Below, piece by piece: positions 1 through 9,367 of a DNA stretch of 64,000 bases. The DNA is from an uncultured candidate division Zixibacteria bacterium (lineage in GTDB: Bacteria > Zixibacteria > MSB-5A5 > UBA10806 > 4484-95). A program made the position numbers and the translations under genes. Each line of letters starts with the position of its first letter. The stretch's first letter is position 1. A model generated the notes under the pieces. The model was not told the DNA's origin and did no database searches. It saw nothing but the letters and a program-made list of their open reading frames with translations. Location: contig CAXXKA010000010.1 in assembly GCA_963668625.2 (NCBI GenBank), forward strand, positions 1-64,000, in the 5' to 3' direction.

Positions 1-127
1 GTTTAAACCACCGTGTTTTGGATATATTTTCGAATAGCATTGGATTACTATCATATAATCTTTCTATAGATTACAAGTATCTCAAGTTCCAAAACTTAGT
101 TTTGATTTAATACCTGTAAATATCCAA

Positions 128-570
128 CTCGCGAAACCGGAGTTTCGCGGGCAATCGCGTTTCCAAACGGAGTTTGGGAACGAGGGGACAGGTGCTGGGA
201 CACGGTAGGCCGTGTTTCTACGGCTGTTGATAATTGGCGTAGGTCAATACCCCTGCGGTTTTAACGAGTCGATTTATACAATATTCAAGTTTCCCTAGCA
301 ATACAACATACCCACCTCACAGTAGTTGAGGTGGGGCACCCCCGCCGGGCGATTGCCTCAAACGTTCGTTGTTGGGGTACGCCCACTATAACGCCTCAAC
401 GGTTATGCCCGCAAACGAAAGCTGGCGGACGAGGACGTCCATCAGCCGCGAGAACTTTCTCGCCCGCCCTTTTTGAATCGATTATTCTCGTGGGCGGTAG
501 ATGTCCTCATCTGCCCCTTACCAATCTGGTTCACCAAAACAAAAAAGGGCGTATGCGATACGCCCTTACG
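128..570. repeat. Cluster of REP-like GC-rich palindromes in an intergenic region
   Basis: Hairpins at 130-149 (cgcgaaac/gtttcgcg), 158-182 (cgtttccaaac/gtttgggaacg), 311-335 (cccacctca/tgaggtggg) and 545-567 (aagggcgtat/atacgccctt); GTAG-led units at ~205 and 239. Related copies at 21456-21485 and 55379-55440. Confidence 0.65.
541..567 (-). terminator. Probable intrinsic terminator of the PLP lyase gene
   Basis: 10-bp stem followed by a T run on the minus strand, 25 nt after the stop at 593. Confidence 0.55.
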
Positions 571-592
571 AAATCATATATGATACGCTAAT

Positions 593-1873
593 CTACGCAA
601 TCATTTTCAGCGCGTGATCCAGATCGGCAATTATATCATCTACATCCTCGATACCCACCGAAATACGAATCATGCTGTCGGTGATATCGGTGGCAGCGCA
701 TAACTCATCGGTCATCTCCGCATGAGTCATCCGTCGCGGATGCTGAATAAGGGTTTCTGTTCCACCCAGGCTTACCGCCAGGCGGCAGATATGCACGTTG
801 TTGAGCACCTTGAACGCCTCGGCCTTGCCACCCTTGACATAGAACGAGATAAGCGCGCCGGGGCCTTTGCATTGTTTCTTGTAAATATCATATTGCGGAT
901 CGCCTTGTTTGAGCAAGCCGGGATAACGGACTTTTTCCACCTGGGGGTGGTTATCCAGGAACTCGGCTATTTTCGTGGCGTTGGCTGCGGTTTGTTTCAT
1001 GCGAAGAGTGATTGTCTCGAGCGAACGGGACATTAACCAGCAGCAGAATGGATCGGTGGCGGCGCCGATAACCGAGCGGAACGATTTCACCTGTGAGATG
1101 TCCTGTTTATTGCCAAGCACGAATCCACCGATTAAATCGGAATGCCCACCGACAAATTTAGTGGCCGAATAAGCGCAGAAGTCTATGCCCAGGCTAAAGA
1201 AGTTCTGGAATATCGGTCCGAGGAAGGTGTTATCCACGGCTGTAATTACTCTCTTACCGTTTTTGGAATATTCTTTGGCCAGTTTGACTACAGCCTCAAC
1301 ATCGGAGTGCATGATAGTCGGGTTGGTGGGGGTCTCCACGAAAATCATGGCCAGCGAGTCTTTATGCTCCTCGGCGGCTTTACGGTAGCCCTCGATCGTG
1401 AGATCGTGAACCGGTACCGTTTTAATATCGTAGCGATTCATGACATTATGAAACATATGCTCGGTACCGCCATAAACAGGCGCGGAATAGATCATGGTAT
1501 CGCCGGGTTTTAACATGGCTAATGTCATAGTCGAGATAGCAGAAAGCCCGGAGGGCAGCACGGCAGCGGCCTCGGCCCCGGGATGCATCACCACCATCTT
1601 ATCCTCAACAATCTCCATATTGGGATTGTTCATCCTGGTGTAGATAAGTCCGGGCAGCTCATCGGCTTTGCGTTCATCCGGGTGAGCGGAGAGACGGAAG
1701 AATCTCTCGCCATCCTCGGCGGTTTTAAACATGAATGTTGAGGTCGTAAAGATCGGCTGTTTGGCCGACATCTCGGAAAACTCCGGCGCGTAACCGGCTG
1801 ATATGACTTTGGTTTCCGGTTTACATTCGGGGTGTGGGTCTTTCCACCATTCTTTGTTTTTATGATCTGACAT
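593..1873 (-). CDS. PLP-dependent Cys/Met metabolism enzyme (methionine gamma-lyase / cystathionine gamma-synthase family)
   Basis: YTRMNNP, SGLSAI, ETPTNP, DNTF, SATKFVGGHSD (PLP lysine), AVSLGG and IRISVGIED motifs. Confidence 0.9.
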   Translation of the reverse strand: MSDHKNKEWWKDPHPECKPETKVISAGYAPEFSEMSAKQPIFTTSTFMFKTAEDGERFFRLSAHPDERKADELPGLIYTRMNNPNMEIVEDKMVVMHPGAEAAAVLPSGLSAISTMTLAMLKPGDTMIYSAPVYGGTEHMFHNVMNRYDIKTVPVHDLTIEGYRKAAEEHKDSLAMIFVETPTNPTIMHSDVEAVVKLAKEYSKNGKRVITAVDNTFLGPIFQNFFSLGIDFCAYSATKFVGGHSDLIGGFVLGNKQDISQVKSFRSVIGAATDPFCCWLMSRSLETITLRMKQTAANATKIAEFLDNHPQVEKVRYPGLLKQGDPQYDIYKKQCKGPGALISFYVKGGKAEAFKVLNNVHICRLAVSLGGTETLIQHPRRMTHAEMTDELCAATDITDSMIRISVGIEDVDDIIADLDHALKMIA

Positions 1874-1976
1874 TTATTGCTCCTTAAAGGTTGTTATCTT
1901 TAATAATAGTATAAAAACTTAACTTCATAGACGCAATCGATTATTGAAAACGTATATCAGTTTGAAGATAATCTGA

Positions 1977-3464
1977 TTATAATGTGTAAGTTATGCCCCA
2001 GTGGGTGAAGAAACTGTCGTACTCATCGGAGATATTATGACGCCACTTGATAAGGCGATAGCCCAGCCTGCCCCTGATTTCGAAATATCCGTACTCGTGA
2101 CGGACATCCAGCCAGATACCAGCAGCTTTTTCGACAACGCCGGAGGGAAATTTCGGTTTGATATCGCCGCGTTCTTGTTCATATGGCATATCGAGCTGTC
2201 CCTCGCCGTTACGTAAGTAATTCACACTGCCGCTCAAAGTTGTTTTGGGAGAGATGTATAAATCAGCTTTGCCGAAAACCTCATCGGCATCATCACCCAG
2301 CCAAAAACCTATCGGCCGCCCACGATAATCCCAGACATTAATGTTACCTACATGAGTATAAGTCCATCTACGCACCTGGGTGTATTCAGCCCTGATATCG
2401 AGATTCTCCCAGATAAATCCTGTTTTTAAAAAACCTCCACAGAATCCGTATTTGGAGGGAGCGGTGTCGGAGGAGAGCTTTAAATCATCGTTGAGAAACT
2501 CGAAAAAGATATTCAATGATTTAAACGGCGTTACCGAGATATCATACACGGCTATGATATTATCCTCGTTATCTACCCGGTGACGGTTTACGAAATAGTA
2601 AAATAGCATGGGGTTGGCATAAGCCATCGGTTCACCGGTGTAAGCAACGCCTTCCGTGCCGCCAATCTGAAGCCATCTGGCGAACTGAAAGTAAATTCGC
2701 TTGAGCGAGATATACCTGTCGCCGGCATCCGTTAGCTGACCGGCTAATGCCGTATAGCCGATAATCCAGTAATTGTAATCTATACGATAAAACATATCGA
2801 CAGGTCTGGCCAGTCCCGAAACAAGCAGCGAGTTACGGTAACCGGATTTGAATTGAGGCCTGTCCCGACCAGTCTGGATTTTGAATCCATATAGTTCGGT
2901 TTTAATCAAGGCTTTATCGGTTTGAACCTCGATGGCGTAGTTATCCGAGGTCTCAGCCCCTCTGTCCGGTAAGTTGTAGCTTAACATCGGGTCTTTGAGG
3001 AATTCGCCTGTGGAGGAAACCTCGCTCAGGTTATGAGTGCTATCGGCCATGAATATTTTGACCTCGTGCTCGAATTCGATCTTATCCTTGATTTTAGCGT
3101 AACCCTTGAATGTCAGCGATGATTGCAGGTTACTGTAGTTGATATCATTCTCGCGGATCCCTATCCAATCTTCCTCGAATATCAAAGAAATATGAGCTTT
3201 GAGATTGTCATCGCGGTGAGTCAAGATATAGTCTCTTGATTTGTTGATATGATCGAGTAGATTTCGATTAAATTCGCTTTTAACCAGCGAATCACAGTAG
3301 CTATCGGCAAAGTTGTGAGTTAACCCCTCACTTACCTTGACTCTTAACAATATACTTTGTTCATGTGAGGGTTGCCTGGGATCGATTATATCGAAGCTAG
3401 AACTAGCGGCAAACGTGCTGGAGGTAAAAAGACATAATAAAATCAGCATCGCTTTAATTTTCAT
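1977..3464 (-). CDS. Outer-membrane capsule assembly Wzi-family protein
   Basis: Signal peptide; GRDRPQF..G..SLLVS, EFLNDD, LDIRAEYT..WTYTH and PIGFWLG motifs; barrel-type C-terminus ITYTL. Confidence 0.7.
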   Translation of the reverse strand: MKIKAMLILLCLFTSSTFAASSSFDIIDPRQPSHEQSILLRVKVSEGLTHNFADSYCDSLVKSEFNRNLLDHINKSRDYILTHRDDNLKAHISLIFEEDWIGIRENDINYSNLQSSLTFKGYAKIKDKIEFEHEVKIFMADSTHNLSEVSSTGEFLKDPMLSYNLPDRGAETSDNYAIEVQTDKALIKTELYGFKIQTGRDRPQFKSGYRNSLLVSGLARPVDMFYRIDYNYWIIGYTALAGQLTDAGDRYISLKRIYFQFARWLQIGGTEGVAYTGEPMAYANPMLFYYFVNRHRVDNEDNIIAVYDISVTPFKSLNIFFEFLNDDLKLSSDTAPSKYGFCGGFLKTGFIWENLDIRAEYTQVRRWTYTHVGNINVWDYRGRPIGFWLGDDADEVFGKADLYISPKTTLSGSVNYLRNGEGQLDMPYEQERGDIKPKFPSGVVEKAAGIWLDVRHEYGYFEIRGRLGYRLIKWRHNISDEYDSFFTHWGITYTL

Positions 3465-3499
3465 AGCGCGATTATAATCAATTAAGAAATTTTAGTCAA
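3465..3499 (-). promoter_or_regulatory. sigma70 promoter abutting the start codon (leaderless-type)
   Basis: Minus strand TTGACT-N17-TATAAT-N6-ATG with no SD; identical copy at 5078-5112. Confidence 0.7.
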
Positions 3500-3556
3500 G
3501 AATCAATTAAGAAATGCAGCTAGAAAACTTGGAATTTTAATGAAAAAAGATATCAT

Positions 3557-4816
3557 TTAGCGATTAGTAATCCGGTTATTTTTTTTTAGCTTTGACAATA
3601 AATCGGCTATAGCAATTGAGGAGAATATCATTAATATCCACACCAGAATCATTCTGTAGCGAGGTAACACCATCACTAAAGAATATAGTATCAAATGGAA
3701 GAATGGTATGAAAACAAACGCTAAATCCAATCGTTTAAGTTTCTTTAATAGTATCCCACCCCAAACTCCAAAAACAAGTATAAAAATATATCCCCCCAAA
3801 TAAAAAATATTTTTAGTTAATGGATGCGTTGGATCATAAGTTACAAAATACAAAACCCTGAGTAGTGTTAGTTTAATGAACCTCAGTGGTTCTTCCTTAA
3901 TAAAATTAATTGCCTCAGCCGTAAAAAAACTATCCATCCCAATTTCACTATCAGGCACATTTGTTTTAAGATATTTATAATAATCCTCATTAAGTACAAT
4001 AACGTCTTTGTTCTGGGGGTCAACGCGGCCTGTCCCTGATGCGCCCGGGTAATTACCGCGCCATAGATTATAACCAAAAGTAGTCCTGATTACTGGTTTA
4101 CCTAAATATACATAGTTGCGGATAATCCATGGCGTGATAACCAATATCGAACCGACTGAAAGTAAAAAGACTATCTTTAAAAAGTTTTTCTTATATCCAC
4201 CAACGAAGTAAAATCCTATAATGAAAGCAGGGAGTAAAAGTAACAAGCTGGAATTCACCAAGGCTAAAAATCCGATATAAGCGCCAAATAACAAATAATG
4301 CCGGGAATACGACTTATATTTAACTGTGTCTTTGAGCTTCAAATAAAAATATATCGCTGCGAGCACCAATGTGTTGGAAATCGATTCAGTTACCATACTC
4401 GTGCTGGCGTACACAATCTCAGGAAGAACAGCGAATATTACAGCACATATTAATCCCGTAGCTCTATTATTTAGATGTCTTCCTATCCAATACGCAGGGA
4501 AAACACAGAAAGCATTAATTATAGCCTGTGCTATTAAAATTACCCTGGCTGGACTGTCGAATATAGCTATAAAAAAAGCCAGGAAATATGTATAAATGGG
4601 GTTAAATGCTGCCGAAGGTTGTAATGGTTTCTGGCCAAACCAATCCCAACTGTAACCATTACCTGAGACAATATTTGAAGCGATTTGTGCATATTCAAAA
4701 TGAAGCCCGGTATGCCAAGCATACATATAGATAACTATAACTCTTAGGATTAAAGCCAGTATGAAAAGTATAGTCAGATTTATTCGAATATTACTGAAAA
4801 TGTATCGAACTTGCAC
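3557..4816 (-). CDS. Polytopic GT-C fold glycosyltransferase (ArnT/PMT_2, GT39/83-like)
   Basis: Many TM helices; YAQIASNIVSGNGY, P.Y..FLA, MVTES, PWIIRNY and PRYR motifs; visibly AT-rich; GTG start. Confidence 0.75.
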   Translation of the reverse strand: MQVRYIFSNIRINLTILFILALILRVIVIYMYAWHTGLHFEYAQIASNIVSGNGYSWDWFGQKPLQPSAAFNPIYTYFLAFFIAIFDSPARVILIAQAIINAFCVFPAYWIGRHLNNRATGLICAVIFAVLPEIVYASTSMVTESISNTLVLAAIYFYLKLKDTVKYKSYSRHYLLFGAYIGFLALVNSSLLLLLPAFIIGFYFVGGYKKNFLKIVFLLSVGSILVITPWIIRNYVYLGKPVIRTTFGYNLWRGNYPGASGTGRVDPQNKDVIVLNEDYYKYLKTNVPDSEIGMDSFFTAEAINFIKEEPLRFIKLTLLRVLYFVTYDPTHPLTKNIFYLGGYIFILVFGVWGGILLKKLKRLDLAFVFIPFFHLILYSLVMVLPRYRMILVWILMIFSSIAIADLLSKLKKNNRITNR

Positions 4817-4852
4817 TGGTATTCCTCAAGCTAGAATTTTTCTATTCTCCCT

Positions 4853-5117
4853 CTAATGGGTGAAAAAGCTGTCGTATTCACCTGAATCGCTTTTAACCAG
4901 CGAACCACGGTAGTCATCGGTAAAGTTGTGAGTTAACCCCTCACTTACCTTAATTTTTAACAATATACTTTGGTCATGCGAGGATTGCCTGGGATCGATT
5001 ATATCGAAGCTAGAATTAGCGGCAAACGTGCTGGAGGTAAAAATACATAATAAAATCAGCATCGCTTTAATTTTCATAGCGCGATTATAATCAATTAAGA
5101 AATTTTAGTCAAGAATC
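4853..5117 (-). pseudogene. Internally deleted duplicate of the Wzi-like gene, with duplicated promoter
   Basis: 4887-5117 repeats 3274-3504 (first ~63 codons plus promoter) and is joined in frame to EYDSFFTH from the Wzi C-terminus; the next codon is TGG in the intact gene and TAG here. Confidence 0.85.
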
Positions 5118-5195
5118 TATAATATAATTTCATAACCACTTTGAGCTCAACCGTATTCATAGTTTTTTATGGGATTATAAATTATTATTTTATGA

Positions 5196-5450
5196 CACTA
5201 GTGTCCGGTCTTTTCATCTCGTTGCGAAGCGCTGCTTCGCAACGTGGCTTGTTTGCCGGCAGAATGTGCATTCTACATGATTCAAGAAGGTTTCCAAGCA
5301 GCGCTTGGAAACCAGAAAACCAAGCCCAACATCGGCAGGATATGTCAGGATGAATGATACGCTGAATAAAATAATTATATCGGAAAATATTTTTCATTAA
5401 CAATTCCAAGGAGAAATTTAAAATTTAACGAAAAACACCGGACACTAGTG
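5196..5450. mobile_element. 255-bp MITE, copy 1
   Basis: TIR CACTAGTGTCCGGT...ACCGGACACTAGTG; 9-bp TSD ATTTTATGA at 5187-5195 and 5451-5459; near-identical to 10496-10750; no transposase. Confidence 0.9.
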
Positions 5451-5980
5451 ATTTTATGACATTAGTGTCCGGTGTCTTTCGGGTAATTGTTTAATTCCTC
5501 CGGTAAATATCGGCAAAAACAGTTTTTCGATATGATTATATAGCCGGCGTGTCAGGGGGGATGGTACGATAACCTGAGGCGCACCTTAAATGAAATGGCT
5601 ACTATTTGTTTTTTTGCATTTATGGCTTATTGAGCGCCATTAATCTGACGTGTAATGACTGATATCTCGATTTTCCGGTAGAAATGATAGTGATAAAAAA
5701 ATCAGGAACAAATGCAGGATTATTATTTAAAAAATAGTATTCTAAACAGTAATTGGGTTTGTTCTCACTATTTACGATAGCTTGAACATGTAACTGGAGG
5801 TGCAACAATAGTCATTTTCTAACGCGAAAACGAAATATCGCTTGCTCGGTTTTTTACTTGCATGGTGTAGAAAATCTTTTATCTTCATGAACTATCTCAG
5901 GCCCTTTGAGGTATAATATGAACTGGGCCACAGCGCTAGTTTTGACTAATTGTAAAACTTAATTCTAAAAGGAGTTGTGA

Positions 5981-6925
5981 ATGGTTGAAGCCAAAAGTCT
6001 TTGTATGAATTATGGGACTGTACGGGCTTTGATCGAGGCTTCATTCGTAGCACCCGATAACCAGGTGATGGGTTTATTGGGCCCCAACGGCGCTGGCAAA
6101 ACCACCAGCATGAAAATCATTACCACCCAGATGGTGCCGAGTTCGGGAAGCGCTACGGTTGCAGGTCTCGATGTATTGGAAAGTCCGATAGAAGTACGGA
6201 AGAAGATAGGTTATCTTCCTGAAACAGCGCCGCTCTACAACGATATGGAGGTAGCCGACTACCTGGATTTCGTTGGTAAAGGAAGAGGCCTGGAAAATCA
6301 GAATCTGAAAAACAGGCTCGACTGGGTTGTCGAAGCCGCTAAGCTAAAACATGTGTATCGTCGGCCGATTGGCGTGCTCTCCCGCGGATACCGTCAGAGG
6401 GTAGGCCTGGCGCAAGCGTTGATACACGATCCGGAAGTACTGGTTTTGGATGAGCCGACCTCCGGTTTGGACCCTCTCCAGATCGTGGGTATACGCCAGC
6501 TTATTAAAGACCTCTCCGCTACCAAGACGATAATTTTTTCGACTCATATCCTGCAGGAGGTCGAGGCTATCTCCGATAAAATCGTGATTATCAACGAGGG
6601 CAGGATCATTGCCGACGGTACTCCCGAGGAGTTGCGGTTGACCTCGGCCGATAAAGTCAGTTTTTCTATCGAGCTGAAAGCCTCCCGTGACACTATAGAG
6701 GGGGCGTTTGCAGATACCGCCGATTCCATGGAGGTTAACTTTACGGGAAGCAGTAACGATTTCTGCAAATTCGTGATAAACGGTTCCGACTACCTTCAAA
6801 CCCAGATGATGATATCCGAGAAGCTCAAGAACGAGGGTTGGCAGGTTAAGGAATTTTCACCGATACTGCCGAGTCTTGAGGATGCGTTCATCGAATTAAC
6901 AAAGGAAGGGCGGACTCATGAGTAA
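5981..6925 (+). CDS. gldA: ABC transporter ATP-binding protein, GldA-like
   Basis: Walker A GPNGAGKT, LSRGYRQR signature, LDEPTSGLDP, STHILQEV. Confidence 0.85.
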   Translation: MVEAKSLCMNYGTVRALIEASFVAPDNQVMGLLGPNGAGKTTSMKIITTQMVPSSGSATVAGLDVLESPIEVRKKIGYLPETAPLYNDMEVADYLDFVGKGRGLENQNLKNRLDWVVEAAKLKHVYRRPIGVLSRGYRQRVGLAQALIHDPEVLVLDEPTSGLDPLQIVGIRQLIKDLSATKTIIFSTHILQEVEAISDKIVIINEGRIIADGTPEELRLTSADKVSFSIELKASRDTIEGAFADTADSMEVNFTGSSNDFCKFVINGSDYLQTQMMISEKLKNEGWQVKEFSPILPSLEDAFIELTKEGRTHE

Positions 6926-9359
6926 TATTAAAACGATATTCAATCGTGAATTTGCCGCCTATTTCAATGCTCCGATCGCATACATATTCATAATAGTATT
7001 CCTGGCGGTAAACAGTGGCCTGTTCATGACCTCATTTTTCCTGGCAGGCTCGGCCGATATGCGCGGTTTCTTTGCTCTTCTACCGATAACGTTGATTATA
7101 TTCATCCCGGCTATCACTATGAGGTTGTGGTCGGAGGATTCCAAAGGCGGCACGATAGCGTTATTGCAATCGTTCCCGATAAGTTCGTATCAACTGGTGG
7201 TCGGTAAGTTCCTGGCCAGCTTTCTGTTCTACCTGATCACGCTGGCCGGTACTCTGGTTATCCCTATAATGCTGGTGTTTTTAGGCAGCCCGGATATGGG
7301 GCCGATAATCGGCGGGTATTTCGGCGCAGCATTATTGGGAGCTTTCTACCTTTCGATCGGGCTGTTTATCTCCAGCCTGTTTAAAGATCAGATTATCGCT
7401 TTCATATTAAGTATGGTGGCCTGTTTCGTGCTGTATATGCTGGGCACCGACTATATCTCGATCGTGCTTGATGGCTGGATTAGCGGTTTCGGCTCGTTTT
7501 TGATGAACGTGCTGGGCGCGGCCAATCATTTCTCCTCCATTGAAAGAGGGGTGCTGGATATCGGCGACATATTATTTTTCATCGCGTTCACTATGCTTTT
7601 CCTGTGGTTGAACGGTGTTGTCGTCGAACAGGTCATGCGTCGCCTGGCCGATAAGCGATTCGCTATAAACGCGATAATCGGCCTGGCCGTGGTGGTAATG
7701 TTCAACCTCGTTTTGAGCGGTATGAATGTCGGCAGGTTCGATTTGACCGAAGGGAATATCTATACGGTGAGCCCGGCCGCTAAAAATATTCTTCGCAAGC
7801 TCAAGGACGCCCCGGTTACCATTCGCTACTACGTATCGCCAAAGGAAAAAATGCCGGCCGCGATGCAGGCTATGGAGCAGGATGTCAGGGACCTCTTGAG
7901 CGAATTCGAGGTGATCTCCGATCGGATCAAATTCGAGGCTATCGATCCCTCCAGCGAGGTCGATATGGCGACCACTCTCGAGCAGAAAGGTATAGTGCCT
8001 TTCGATGCCCGTTCTATAGAAAAGGATGCTTTCAATATAAAACGAATTTATTCGGCAATATCAGTTTCGTATCTGGATAAGCCGGATGAAGTGATTCCCA
8101 GGGTAGTTCCTCAAAGCCTGGCTAACCTCGAATACGAACTGCTTTCGAGAATCTTTCGGATGACCATGGCAGAACAGCCTAAGGTAGTGATTATGGCGCC
8201 GTACGATGTTGCCCAGCAGGATCCGAGAATGCAGCAGTACATGCGCCAGATGGGTCAGGATGCACCGGAGAAAGAGGACAGGTTCAAACAAATTGCCCAG
8301 ATACTGGGGCAGGAGAATTACCAGGCAATCAGGGTCGAGGGTACCAAGGATGATCCGATTCCGCCGGAATACGACCTTCTGGTAGTGATGTCGCCGCGCA
8401 ATCTCTCCGACCGTCAAAAATACGAAATTAATAAAGCTCTGGCCTCGGGCAAAAATGTCGTGATGGCCATGCAAAATTATGGTTTCGAATATCAACCTCA
8501 ACGCGGTGCGGGTATTCGTGTAATGCCCTCACAGAACCGTCCCGGTGTAAATGATCTGTTGGAGCATTACGGAGTCAGCCTAAGTGATGATATCCTGATG
8601 GACAATAACATGGAGATGCTGTCGGTCCCGACTCGTCAGAATATAGGCGGCATGTTTACCGCTACTGTCGAAACTCCGGTGAAATTACCGATCCAGATCA
8701 AGATCACCGATCAGAACATGAACGAGGATGTGGCGATCACCAACCGTGTCGGCGGATTGTTGTATCTCTGGGGAAGCTATTTCGATATCGATAACGAGAA
8801 GCTGGCCGAGTTAGGCCTGAAAGAGGATTTACTGTTCGAATCCTCGGAGCAGACCTGGACGGTATCGAGCACCGGAACACCTTTGACTCCTGCAGATATC
8901 GATCCGAACCAGAACGATATCATAGGCTCTAAGCCGTTGGCCGTGATGATCTCCGGGCAGTTCCCCAACGCTTACGAAAACGAACCCGTACCGGCCTGGC
9001 CCGGTCAGTCCGATTCGTTGGCGAAACCGGAGTCACAAACTATCGAGCAAGCGCCGGGTAAACTTCTGCTTTACGGCTGCAGCGAGATGTTTTCCGACCA
9101 GATACTGGGCGCGGGTTCCAACGCCTTGCTGTTTTTGAATTCCGTTGATGCTTTAGTTCTGGGAGATGACCTGATCAACGTTCGCACTAAGATGATAACC
9201 CAGCGGTTTATCACCGAGACCTCCGCGGGCGCCAAGATGTTCTGGCGTTTCTTCGTGACAATACTCATTCCGGTTATATTAATCGTGATAGGTGTCATGC
9301 GTTACGCCATGCGTAAGAAGAGACGGGAAACTTATCAGCGTTTAGTAAGTCAGGCCTAG
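6918..9359 (+). CDS. Fused GldF-like ABC permease and GldG-like auxiliary component
   Basis: N-terminal REF..YFNAPIAY and IPAITMRLWSED; then RFDLTEGNIYTVS and LEYELLSRI periplasmic region; C-terminal TM helix. Confidence 0.85.
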   Translation: MSNIKTIFNREFAAYFNAPIAYIFIIVFLAVNSGLFMTSFFLAGSADMRGFFALLPITLIIFIPAITMRLWSEDSKGGTIALLQSFPISSYQLVVGKFLASFLFYLITLAGTLVIPIMLVFLGSPDMGPIIGGYFGAALLGAFYLSIGLFISSLFKDQIIAFILSMVACFVLYMLGTDYISIVLDGWISGFGSFLMNVLGAANHFSSIERGVLDIGDILFFIAFTMLFLWLNGVVVEQVMRRLADKRFAINAIIGLAVVVMFNLVLSGMNVGRFDLTEGNIYTVSPAAKNILRKLKDAPVTIRYYVSPKEKMPAAMQAMEQDVRDLLSEFEVISDRIKFEAIDPSSEVDMATTLEQKGIVPFDARSIEKDAFNIKRIYSAISVSYLDKPDEVIPRVVPQSLANLEYELLSRIFRMTMAEQPKVVIMAPYDVAQQDPRMQQYMRQMGQDAPEKEDRFKQIAQILGQENYQAIRVEGTKDDPIPPEYDLLVVMSPRNLSDRQKYEINKALASGKNVVMAMQNYGFEYQPQRGAGIRVMPSQNRPGVNDLLEHYGVSLSDDILMDNNMEMLSVPTRQNIGGMFTATVETPVKLPIQIKITDQNMNEDVAITNRVGGLLYLWGSYFDIDNEKLAELGLKEDLLFESSEQTWTVSSTGTPLTPADIDPNQNDIIGSKPLAVMISGQFPNAYENEPVPAWPGQSDSLAKPESQTIEQAPGKLLLYGCSEMFSDQILGAGSNALLFLNSVDALVLGDDLINVRTKMITQRFITETSAGAKMFWRFFVTILIPVILIVIGVMRYAMRKKRRETYQRLVSQA

Positions 9360-9367
9360 GAGGGTAA

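Noticed and set aside
331-591. 86-aa ORF
   Set aside because: Runs through the REP-like hairpins, has no RBS and a non-protein-like composition.
5141-5409. 70-aa and 74-aa ORFs as a possible transposase or toxin
   Set aside because: Lie largely within the MITE and show no DDE or other recognisable motif.
5540-5602. GC-rich foldable segment as a possible riboswitch
   Set aside because: Pairing is possible, but I could not match it to any riboswitch consensus; an Rfam/Infernal search would decide.
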